Of a stretch of DNA of 64,000 bases, positions 1 to 9,937 are shown one piece after another. Source of the stretch: an uncultured Chloroflexia bacterium (GTDB taxonomy: Bacteria; Chloroflexota; Limnocylindria; Limnocylindrales; CSP1-4). The notes beneath the pieces are model-generated. The model worked only from the letters and a program-made list of their open reading frames with translations, made no database searches and had not been told where the DNA came from. Every line of letters starts with the position of its first letter. Position 1 is the first letter of the stretch. The stretch is taken from assembly GCA_963813535.1 (NCBI GenBank), contig CAWEZH010000002.1, forward strand, positions 384,001-448,000, read 5' to 3'. A program made the translations under genes and the position numbers.

Positions 1-715
1 GGAGCACCCGGGACTCATGGAGGTCGACGAGTTCGACCTGGCGGGCTGCTGCATCGGCGTCGTCGAACGCTCCCGGGTCATCGACGGCTCGGCTGCACGG
101 TCGGGCGACGTGATCGTCGGCCTCATGGCGAGCGGCCTCCACGCGAACGGCTACTCACTGGTCCGCTCGCTGATCGCCGAATGGGATCTCGATCTCGCCG
201 ATCCGTACCAGGAGCGCCTCCGGCGGACGCTGGGCGACGTCGCGACCGACCGGGCCATCGCCGAGGCGCCGCACGAGACGATGGCCACGCTCGGCGAGGT
301 GCTGCTGACCCCGACCCGCATCTATGCGAGGGCGGTGCTGGCCACACGCGAGGCGTTGACCACCGCCGGCCACGACATCCACGGCGCTGCACATATCACC
401 GGTGGCGGGCTGCCGGGCAACGTGCCGCGGGCGCTCCATGAGGGTCTGGGAGCCCGGCTGGACCCCACGCGCTGGTCGATGCCATCGGTGGAGCGCCTGT
501 TCGGGGCGTTGGGCGGCCTCGACGACATGGAGCTTCGGGCGACGTTCAACGGCGGGCTGGGGATGGTCCTGATCGTCCCGCCTGCGGCGATCCCGGCTGC
601 TCTCAAGCGACTGGAACAGGACGGCATGCCCGCGCTCGTCGTCGGCGAGGTGGTCGAGGCCGATGCGCTCGACGGGACGCGCTACGCCGAGGGGCCGCTG
701 GAGTCCGTGGCGTGA
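1..715 (+). CDS. purM: Phosphoribosylformylglycinamidine cyclo-ligase (AIR synthetase), 5'-truncated by the window edge
   Basis: Frame is open from the window edge (EHPGLM...). Motifs FDLAG, SGLHANGYSL, LLTPTRIY, AHITGGG and TFNGGLGM. Immediately upstream of purN/purH. Confidence 0.95.
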   Translation, partial: EHPGLMEVDEFDLAGCCIGVVERSRVIDGSAARSGDVIVGLMASGLHANGYSLVRSLIAEWDLDLADPYQERLRRTLGDVATDRAIAEAPHETMATLGEVLLTPTRIYARAVLATREALTTAGHDIHGAAHITGGGLPGNVPRALHEGLGARLDPTRWSMPSVERLFGALGGLDDMELRATFNGGLGMVLIVPPAAIPAALKRLEQDGMPALVVGEVVEADALDGTRYAEGPLESVA

Positions 716-2955
716 GCGACGAGGGTCGGACGGCCAGACCGGCGCGGATCGCGGTAGGCGTGTCCGGGGCCGGCTCCAACCTGCGTGCACTGCACGCCGC
801 AGCGCAGCGTGCCGAGCTCGGCGGCGCGATCGTCCTGGTCTTCGCCGACCGGGCATGCCCGGCGCTCGAATGGGCCCGCGAGCAGGGGATCGACACCGCG
901 CTGGTCACTGGCGGCGATGACGACACCCTGGCGGAGACGCTCGCCGGGACGCGACCGGACATGGTCGTGCTCGCCGGGTATATGCGGATCATCGGTCCAC
1001 GCGTGCTGGCCGCCTTCCCGCACCGGATCCTGAACACGCATCCGTCGTTGCTGCCGGCGTTCCCCGGCGCGACCGCGATCCGCGACGCCATCGAGCATGG
1101 CGTGCGTCTGACGGGCGTGACGGTCCACGTCGTCGATGCATCGCTCGACGGCGGCCCGATCGTCGCCCAGGAGGGTGTCCCGGTCCTGGCCGATGACGAC
1201 GAGGCGAGCCTGCGTGACCGGATCCAGGCCGTGGAACACCGATTGCTCCCGCACGTCGTCGCGCTCGTCGCGGCCGACGCCGTCGTCGTGGATCCCGAGG
1301 GTCGCCAGGTCGCCATCGACCTCGACGTGGCGGATCGGGCGGTCCCGACACCGCGCCGCGCGTTGCTCTCCGTATCCGACAAGACCGGTCTCATCGACCT
1401 CGGGCGGGGCCTCGTCGCCCGTGGGTTCGAGCTGGTATCGACCGGCGGCACGGCCCGGGCGCTGCGCGACGCGGGTCTTCCCGTCACGGATGTCGCCGCC
1501 GTCACCGGCAGCCCGGAGATGCTCGACGGACGCGTGAAGACGCTGCATCCGCGCGTGCACGCGGGACTCCTGGCCGACCGGCGCCTGGCCGACCATCGCC
1601 AGCAGCTCCTCGCAACGAGCATCGCCCCATTCGAGCTGGTCGTCGTCAACCTCTATCCGTTCGCAGCCGCGCTCGAACGACCGGGCGTCACGATCGATGC
1701 GCTCATCGAGGAGATCGACATCGGTGGGCCGTCGATGGTCCGAGCGGCGGCGAAGAACCACGCGAACGTGGCGATCGTCACGTCCCCGGCGCGCTACGGG
1801 GCGATCCTCGTCGCGCTCGATTCGCCGGCGGGTGTCGACGACCGCCTGCGCCGAGCGCTGGCGCTCGAGGCGTTCGCCCACACCGCGGCATACGACGCCC
1901 GCATCGCCGCGGAGCTACCCAGCCGGTTGGTCGATGCGGGACTGCTCGATGCGCCCGGCGATCCGTATCCGGCGACGCTGACGATCGCGCTGGAGAAGGT
2001 CGAGGCGCTGCGCTACGGCGAGAACCCGCACCAGCCGGCAGCCCGATATCGGCGGCCGGGGTCGACGCTCGCCGACGGTCCCTTCGGCGTCGAGCGCGGC
2101 CCGATCCAGGGCAAGGCGCTCTCGTACAACAACGTCCTCGATGCGGCCGCCGCGTCGGCCCTCGGCCGTGCGCTGCGCGGGCCCGCGGTCGTGATCGTGA
2201 AGCACACCAACCCGTGCGGGGCGGCCGAGCGGACGACCATCCTCGAGGGATGGGAGGCGGCACTGGAAGCCGACCCGGTCAGCGCCTTCGGCGGGGTCGT
2301 GGCGCTCACCCGCGAGGTCGATCGAGCCGTTGCGGTCGCACTGACCTCGATCTTCCTCGAGATCGTCGTCGCGCCGTCCTATACGCCGGAAGCGCTCGAG
2401 GTCCTGGCCTCGAAGGCCAACCTGCGGGTGCTCGTGGACGAAGCTCTTGCCTCGGATGAGCCGGCGACCGCGGCAGTCTCACCGACGGGCGCGATCCGGA
2501 CCGCCGGCGGGGCGGTGCTGGTTACGGCGCCCGACGTCGTCGCCGATGCCACCACGACGTGGACGTGCGCGACCCGTCGTCCGCCCACCGACGAGGAGCA
2601 GCTCGACCTCGACCTCGCCTGGCGCCTGGTCCGTGGTGTGACGTCGAACGCGATCGTGCTCGTGCGCGAGCGGCGGCTCGTCGGGATGGGCAGCGGGCAG
2701 ACGTCCCGCGTCGATGCCGCACGCCAGGCCGTCGCGAAGGCGCACGCGCTGCTCGGTGCCGGCTCGACGGTCGGGGCGGCCTGTGCGAGCGATGCGTTCT
2801 ACCCATTCGCCGATGCGGTCGACGCCTGCCTCGAGGCGGGTGTGCGCGCATTCATCCAGCCCGGCGGGTCGGTGCGCGATGCAGAGGTGATCGAGACCGT
2901 CGATCGCGTCGACGGGACGATGCTGATCACCGGCACCCGACACTTCCGGCACTGA
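712..2955 (+). CDS. purH: Fused PurN (GAR transformylase)-PurH (IMP cyclohydrolase/AICAR transformylase)
   Basis: First ~205 aa are PurN-like (VSGAGSNL, VLAGYMRI, NTHPSLLPAFPG, GVTVHVV...DGGPI). The rest is PurH (RRALLSVSDKTG, GRVKTLHP, IDIGGPSMVRAAAKN, LRYGENPHQ, KHTNPCG, ASDAFYPF, RHFRH). GTGA overlap with purM. Confidence 0.95.
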   Translation: MSDEGRTARPARIAVGVSGAGSNLRALHAAAQRAELGGAIVLVFADRACPALEWAREQGIDTALVTGGDDDTLAETLAGTRPDMVVLAGYMRIIGPRVLAAFPHRILNTHPSLLPAFPGATAIRDAIEHGVRLTGVTVHVVDASLDGGPIVAQEGVPVLADDDEASLRDRIQAVEHRLLPHVVALVAADAVVVDPEGRQVAIDLDVADRAVPTPRRALLSVSDKTGLIDLGRGLVARGFELVSTGGTARALRDAGLPVTDVAAVTGSPEMLDGRVKTLHPRVHAGLLADRRLADHRQQLLATSIAPFELVVVNLYPFAAALERPGVTIDALIEEIDIGGPSMVRAAAKNHANVAIVTSPARYGAILVALDSPAGVDDRLRRALALEAFAHTAAYDARIAAELPSRLVDAGLLDAPGDPYPATLTIALEKVEALRYGENPHQPAARYRRPGSTLADGPFGVERGPIQGKALSYNNVLDAAAASALGRALRGPAVVIVKHTNPCGAAERTTILEGWEAALEADPVSAFGGVVALTREVDRAVAVALTSIFLEIVVAPSYTPEALEVLASKANLRVLVDEALASDEPATAAVSPTGAIRTAGGAVLVTAPDVVADATTTWTCATRRPPTDEEQLDLDLAWRLVRGVTSNAIVLVRERRLVGMGSGQTSRVDAARQAVAKAHALLGAGSTVGAACASDAFYPFADAVDACLEAGVRAFIQPGGSVRDAEVIETVDRVDGTMLITGTRHFRH

Positions 2956-2979
2956 GGCCTCGCCGCCCGGCCGTCGCGG

Positions 2980-3771
2980 TCAGGCTGTCGCGCGGACCGC
3001 CCAGGCGCGAACGGTGAGGTGGATGGAGCCGTCCGGTTCGGTCGGCAAGCGCGCGACCAGGCGCTGGCGCAGGTCCGCCCGATCGGCATCGGACAGGCTC
3101 ATGACGTGGCGCGGTGCCGGAGCGGTGGCCATGAGGAACGGCTGCCAGTAGTCATCGAAGTCCACGAAGACCGCCGGGACGTCGATCGCCCCCACGTCGG
3201 CATCGCCAAGGCCGGCTCGCTGGAAGGCGTCCCGCAAGGGCTCGGGCTTGCAGATCTCGAACCGCAGGGTCTCCGATCGCTCCGCCACGGCCGGGTCCTG
3301 CTCGATGGCGGCGTCCCAGAAGTGCCGCATGATCTGCATCCCCTCGCCGTAGTCCCAGACGTAGATCGCGACCGTGCCACCCGGCCGTGTCGCCCGTCCC
3401 ATGTCGGCGAGCATCGCGACCGGGTCGGGTACGAAGTTCAGGACCAGTCCGGAGACCGCGCCGTCGACGGCGTCGTCGGGTACCGGCAGGGCAGCGCCAT
3501 CGGCGATCTCGAATGCGGCGCGCGGGTCCGTCACTCGCTCGCGCGCGAACTCGACGAACGCTTCCGACGGATCGACGCCCAGCACAGACGTTGGGTCGGC
3601 TCGAGCCAGGATCGTCTCGGTGACGGCGCCCGTGCCACAGCCGACGTCGACCCATCGCCCTCCCGCCGCGATCGCCAGCCCGTCGATGAACTCGACCGCG
3701 ACTCGTCGACTCCAGCGCCCGACGTATCCCTCGTAGCCCGAACCGCTCTGCCAGACGCCGCTGGATGCCAT
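2980..3771 (-). CDS. Class I SAM-dependent methyltransferase
   Basis: WVDVGCGTG motif I, GVDPS, LVLNFVPDP, PGG post-motif. Confidence 0.88.
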   Translation of the reverse strand: MASSGVWQSGSGYEGYVGRWSRRVAVEFIDGLAIAAGGRWVDVGCGTGAVTETILARADPTSVLGVDPSEAFVEFARERVTDPRAAFEIADGAALPVPDDAVDGAVSGLVLNFVPDPVAMLADMGRATRPGGTVAIYVWDYGEGMQIMRHFWDAAIEQDPAVAERSETLRFEICKPEPLRDAFQRAGLGDADVGAIDVPAVFVDFDDYWQPFLMATAPAPRHVMSLSDADRADLRQRLVARLPTEPDGSIHLTVRAWAVRATA

Positions 3772-3830
3772 GGCCGTGAGTCTAGGGTGACGGTCGGCCC
3801 GAGGGACGCCGCTGCTACCATCGCGCTCCC

Positions 3831-5492
3831 ATGAGCGATCGTCCCCGCTACTACCTGACCACCGCCATCGCGTACGCGAACTCCAAGCCCGGCGTGCACA
3901 CCCTGTACGAGGTGATCGGCGCCGACGTCATCGCGCGGTGGCATCGGATGAAGGGCGACGACACCCGGTTCCTGACCGGCACCGACGAGCATTCGATCAA
4001 CATCGCCCAGGCCGCGGTCGACGAGGGCCGGCCGGCGCGCGAGTTCGTCGACGAGAAGGTCGTGCTGTTCAAGGAAGCCGAGGAGGCACTCGGCATCTCG
4101 CCCGACCGGTTCATCCGGACGACCGACCCCGACCATGTCCGGGCGGCGCAGGAGATGGTCCGGCGCGCGTACGCGAACGGCGATATCTATCTCGGCACGT
4201 ACGAGGGCTGGTACTGCCCGAATGAGGGGTTCCGGAACGCGACCGATGTCGTCGAGACCGCCCGCGGGACCATCTGCCCGAATCACCCGGACGTCCCGCT
4301 CCAGTGGTTGACCGAACGGAACTGGTTCTTCCGGCTTTCGGCCTACCAGGAGCGCCTCGAGCGCCACTTCGCCGACCACCCGGACTTCGTCCAGCCCGAC
4401 TTCCGGCGCAACGAGATGCTCGGCTTCATCCGTGGTGGGCTGGAGGATTTCTCGATCTCGCGCGAGCGCACGCCGGGTGGCTGGGGCATCCCGTTCCCGA
4501 TCGCCGAGAACGGCGAGTCGGCGATGCGCGAGGACGGCTCGTGGGATCCCGAGGCCGGCGTCATCTACGTCTGGTACGACGCGCTGATCAACTACATCAC
4601 CGGCGCCGGCTTCCCGGATGACAAGGTCTCCTTCGAACGATGGTGGCCGGCCGACCTGCATGTCATCGGCAAGGACATCGCCCGGTTCCACACGATCTTC
4701 TGGCCGGCGATGCTCTGGAGCGCGGGCCTCGAGCCTCCGCGGCACGTCTGGGTCCACGGCTGGCTGATGGCTGCCGGCGGCGAGCGGATGAGCAAGAGCC
4801 GCGGGAACTTCATGGACCCCAGCGACTTCGTCGCGGCCTTCGGCAGCGACGGCGCACGCTATGTCGTATTGCGTGAGGTGCCGTTCGACCGTGACGCCGA
4901 GGTGTCATGGGACTCGTTCGTCCGTCGCTACAACGCCGACCTCGCCAACGACTACGGGAACCTCGTGAACCGCACGGTGTCGATGACCGGACGCTACCTC
5001 GACGGCGTGCGGCCGGCACCGCGGCTGGAGCGCGACTCGCCCTTGGCCGAGGGCTGGAACGACACGGTCCGCCAGTACGCCGACGCGCTCGAAGCGTGCC
5101 GACTCCACGACGCATTGGCCGAGCTCTGGGAGTTCGTCGGTGGCGCCAACCGGGTCGTCGACGCGGAGAAGCCCTGGGAGCTGGCGAAGGCGTGGAAGGA
5201 GGGCGACGAGACCGCCGGTGATCGCCTGCGCGGGGTTCTGGGAGATCTCGTCGAGACCTGCCGGCTGGTGGGGCTCGCGGTCGCGCCGTTCATGCCGGCC
5301 ACGGCGCCGCGCGTACAGGCGCAACTGGGCTTCGGCTACGGGTACGGCCCCGATGGCAACGGCGAGTCGTCCATCCTGGGCGAGCTCGAGTGGGGCGCGC
5401 GCGCGAGCGAGGCCGGCCGGGTGGCGGCGCCTGAGCCGCTCTTCCCGCGCCTCGAGGCGGAAGCGGCCGCCGAAGCCGCGGCGGAGGCGTAA
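3831..5492 (+). CDS. metG: Methionine--tRNA ligase (short form without C-terminal tRNA-binding domain)
   Basis: FLTGTDEH, FIRTTD, YEGWYC, IYVWYDALINY, IGKDIARFH, RMSKSRGN, NADLANDYGNL. Adjacent to tatD as is common. Confidence 0.95.
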   Translation: MSDRPRYYLTTAIAYANSKPGVHTLYEVIGADVIARWHRMKGDDTRFLTGTDEHSINIAQAAVDEGRPAREFVDEKVVLFKEAEEALGISPDRFIRTTDPDHVRAAQEMVRRAYANGDIYLGTYEGWYCPNEGFRNATDVVETARGTICPNHPDVPLQWLTERNWFFRLSAYQERLERHFADHPDFVQPDFRRNEMLGFIRGGLEDFSISRERTPGGWGIPFPIAENGESAMREDGSWDPEAGVIYVWYDALINYITGAGFPDDKVSFERWWPADLHVIGKDIARFHTIFWPAMLWSAGLEPPRHVWVHGWLMAAGGERMSKSRGNFMDPSDFVAAFGSDGARYVVLREVPFDRDAEVSWDSFVRRYNADLANDYGNLVNRTVSMTGRYLDGVRPAPRLERDSPLAEGWNDTVRQYADALEACRLHDALAELWEFVGGANRVVDAEKPWELAKAWKEGDETAGDRLRGVLGDLVETCRLVGLAVAPFMPATAPRVQAQLGFGYGYGPDGNGESSILGELEWGARASEAGRVAAPEPLFPRLEAEAAAEAAAEA

Positions 5493-5515
5493 CGGGGAGA
5501 CCCGACGATGCTCGC

Positions 5516-6307
5516 GTGCGCCTGATCGACTCGCACTGCCACGTCAACGCCGAGCGCTTCGCAGACGACGCCGAGCAGGTCCTCGACGTCGCCCGTGCCG
5601 CCGGTGTCGAGCGGATCCTCGTCCCGGGTTGGAACGTCGCCTCCTGCGAGCGGGCGCGCGGGCTGGCCGCGCGCGTTCCATGGATCGACATCGCGGTCGG
5701 CGTCCACCCGCACGACGCCGCCAAGGTCGACGATGCCGGCTGGCAGTCGGTCCGGAGCTGGGCGCAGGACGACCGTGTCGTCGCCATCGGGGAGACCGGC
5801 CTCGACTACGACCGCGTCTTCAGCCCGATCCCGGATCAGCTCGCCAACCTGCGACGCAACCTCCGACTCGCGGTCGACACCGGCAAGCCGGCCATCCTCC
5901 ATTGCCGTTCCCGAACAGGCGGGCGTGACGCGCAGGATGCCCTGCTCGCCGAGCTGGCCGCGATGGGACCGGCCGTTCCGGGCGTGGTGATCCACAGCTT
6001 CTCGGGGCCGGTCGACTACGCCCGGGCGATGCTCGACCTCGGGGCAGCCATCAGCTTCTCGGGCCTCGTGTTCCGACGGGGAGAAGGGGAGTCCGCCGAC
6101 GTCGCCCGGCTGACCCCGTCGCACCGTCTGCTGGTGGAGACCGATGCCCCGTTCCTCGCCCCGCCGGGTGCGCCGAAGGACCGCAACGAGCCCGAATACG
6201 TGCGTATCACGGCCGACTGGGTCGCCGAGCAGCGCGCGACCTCTCGAGTCGAGCTGGGTGGCGCCCTCATCGGCGCCTACGACGCGGTGTTCGGTGCGAA
6301 GCCGTAG
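5516..6307 (+). CDS. tatD: TatD-family metal-dependent nuclease/hydrolase
   Basis: IDSHCH, GVHPH, IGETGLDY, ILHCR, IHSF, ETDAPFL. Confidence 0.93.
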   Translation: MRLIDSHCHVNAERFADDAEQVLDVARAAGVERILVPGWNVASCERARGLAARVPWIDIAVGVHPHDAAKVDDAGWQSVRSWAQDDRVVAIGETGLDYDRVFSPIPDQLANLRRNLRLAVDTGKPAILHCRSRTGGRDAQDALLAELAAMGPAVPGVVIHSFSGPVDYARAMLDLGAAISFSGLVFRRGEGESADVARLTPSHRLLVETDAPFLAPPGAPKDRNEPEYVRITADWVAEQRATSRVELGGALIGAYDAVFGAKP

Positions 6308-6320
6308 ATGCACCATCAAG

Positions 6321-6350
6321 TTGACAGCGCCCTCTGACGGCCGTTAGGCT
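6321..6350 (+). promoter_or_regulatory. Sigma70-type promoter of groES-groEL
   Basis: TTGACA (6321-6326), 18-bp spacer, TAGGCT (6345-6350), directly before CIRCE. Confidence 0.75.
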
Positions 6351-6355
6351 GGTCC

Positions 6356-6382
6356 TTAGCACTCTGACATAGAGAGTGCTAA
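6356..6382 (+). promoter_or_regulatory. CIRCE element (HrcA operator)
   Basis: Exact consensus TTAGCACTC-N9-GAGTGCTAA upstream of groES. Confidence 0.97.
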
Positions 6383-6526
6383 TCGCATCGACGGGCCGCC
6401 CTGTGGGGACGCCCGTGGCGATGCAGGGATGAGCAAGGGATCGGCTGACCGCTTCACACCCCGGAACGGTCGCCCACCCGTGAAAACCACGCCGGACGGT
6501 CAGTCCGTCACAGGAGGTACTGCACG

Positions 6527-6841
6527 TTGGCCACTGCCACTGCCAGCAAGACCAAGCTTCGCCCGCTCGGCGACCGCGTGGTCATCGAGCCGACCCCGCG
6601 GGAGGAGATGACCAAGAGCGGCATCGTGCTCCCCGACACCGCCAAGGAGAAGCCCCAGGAGGGCAAGATCATCGCGGCGGGCCCCGGCAAGATCAACGAC
6701 GACGGCAAGCGCGAGCCGATGGACGTCAAGGAAGGCGACAAGGTCCTGTACGCGAAGTACGCCGGGACGGAATTCAAGATCGATGGCGACGAATTCCTGA
6801 TCGTCAGCCAGAAGGACATCCTCGCGGTCGTCGCGGACTGA
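6527..6841 (+). CDS. groES: Co-chaperonin GroES
   Basis: [41 protein letters not shown] before a TTG start. Confidence 0.98.
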   Translation: MATATASKTKLRPLGDRVVIEPTPREEMTKSGIVLPDTAKEKPQEGKIIAAGPGKINDDGKREPMDVKEGDKVLYAKYAGTEFKIDGDEFLIVSQKDILAVVAD

Positions 6842-8548
<1,707 letters not shown>

Positions 8549-8567
8549 CTCCCGACCACGCCACAAC

Positions 8568-8603
8568 GCGAAAGGCCCCGGCGGCGACGCCGGGGCCTTT
8601 CGC
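8568..8603 (+). terminator. Strong stem-loop/intrinsic terminator after groEL
   Basis: GCGAAAGGCCCCGGC-ggcgac-GCCGGGGCCTTTCGC, a perfect 15-bp inverted repeat. Confidence 0.8.
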
Positions 8604-8661
8604 CGTTCCCGGGCGCGCGCATACTCGTCCGCGCCCATCGACGCTCAGGGGAGGGACGAAG

Positions 8662-9069
8662 ATGTTCCGCATCCGCCGGTTCAACGCCATCAAGACGGCG
8701 ACCGTCGTCGCGCTGATGTACATGCTCATCATCGCGGTGATCGTCGTGCCGTTCCTGCTGTTGTTCGCGGTCGCCGGGGTGTCGGTCAACGGCGGACCCA
8801 ACCAGGGCGGCGGTGTCATCGCGGTGCTCGGGATCGGCGTCTTCCTGATCCTGTTCTACGGCCTGTTGGGCTGGGTGTTCACCGCCATCGCCTGTGTCGT
8901 CTACAACGTCGTGGCCGGCTGGGTCGGCGGGATCGAGGTCCAGGTCGAGGCGGTCGCCCCACCCGCACCGCCACCCGCGTGGATGGCCCCGGGCTCGACG
9001 CCTCCCGGTCCGCCGGCGGCGCCGCCGTCCGATCCGACCGTGCCGCCGCCCTCTGCCCCGGTGCCCTGA
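8662..9069 (+). CDS. Small membrane protein, DUF3566-like, with Pro-rich tail
   Basis: Two hydrophobic segments, YNVVAGWVGGIEV motif, GGAGG RBS. Confidence 0.7.
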   Translation: MFRIRRFNAIKTATVVALMYMLIIAVIVVPFLLLFAVAGVSVNGGPNQGGGVIAVLGIGVFLILFYGLLGWVFTAIACVVYNVVAGWVGGIEVQVEAVAPPAPPPAWMAPGSTPPGPPAAPPSDPTVPPPSAPVP

Positions 9070-9108
9070 GCGTTTGACAGGCGCGGCTGGCCCACCGAGG
9101 CTGGCCAC

Positions 9109-9882
9109 ATGCGCCACACCACACGACGCGTCGTCGCGCCGCTGCTCGCGGTCCTGCTCCTGGCCGCCTGCCAGGGCCAGCAGGCGAAGCTACTCGACGA
9201 CCCCGACCAGATCCTGGCGGCGGCCGCGACCACCGCCGCGACCGCGACGAGCGTCCGCGCCGACCTGACTGCCGAAGGCACCGTCGCCCTCGACCCTCTC
9301 GGCACGGGTACGGGCACGCCGGTGGATTTCGCGGGCACGAATCTGACTGCCGACCTCGACCTCCAGTCGGGCAAGACTCGAGCCACGTTCGCCGTTCCCG
9401 CGCTCCTCGGCCTGGCCGGCGAGGTCATCGTCGCGGACGCGGTGTATCTCAAGTCCACGCTGACCGGCCCGAAGTTCCAGTCGATCCCGCTGAGCGGCGA
9501 GTCCCAGCCACCGCTCAAGGGGCTGACCGATCTGCTTGCCCGCACCGACCTCCAGCCGACGAAGGGCGCCGACGTGCCGTGTGCGGGCGGGACGTGCTAC
9601 ACGATCACCCTGCACCTCGACGCCGAGGACCTCGGCGCACTCACCGGCGGAGCCGCGCTGCCCAGCACGCTGCCGATCCCGCTGCCCATCCCCGACCTCG
9701 CCGGCGCCGGTGTCGACCTCACGCTCCAGATCGACCAGGCGACGACCCGGTTGTCCGGCGCCACCGCCGCGCTCGACCTCGGCGATACCGGCGATCTCAC
9801 GATCGAGGGCACGTTCACGAAGTGGAACGAGCCCGTCCAGATCGCCGCACCGCCCGCCGACCAGGTCGAGACCGCCGGTTGA
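9109..9882 (+). CDS. Lipoprotein, LppX/LprAFG-like
   Basis: Signal peptide with lipobox LLAAC; beta-rich body; C-terminal KWNEPVQIAAPP. Confidence 0.7.
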   Translation: MRHTTRRVVAPLLAVLLLAACQGQQAKLLDDPDQILAAAATTAATATSVRADLTAEGTVALDPLGTGTGTPVDFAGTNLTADLDLQSGKTRATFAVPALLGLAGEVIVADAVYLKSTLTGPKFQSIPLSGESQPPLKGLTDLLARTDLQPTKGADVPCAGGTCYTITLHLDAEDLGALTGGAALPSTLPIPLPIPDLAGAGVDLTLQIDQATTRLSGATAALDLGDTGDLTIEGTFTKWNEPVQIAAPPADQVETAG

Positions 9883-9937
9883 GCCGAGCGTAAGGGCACC
9901 GGGCCCTCGGTCGCACGCCCCGACCTAGAATGCGGGG

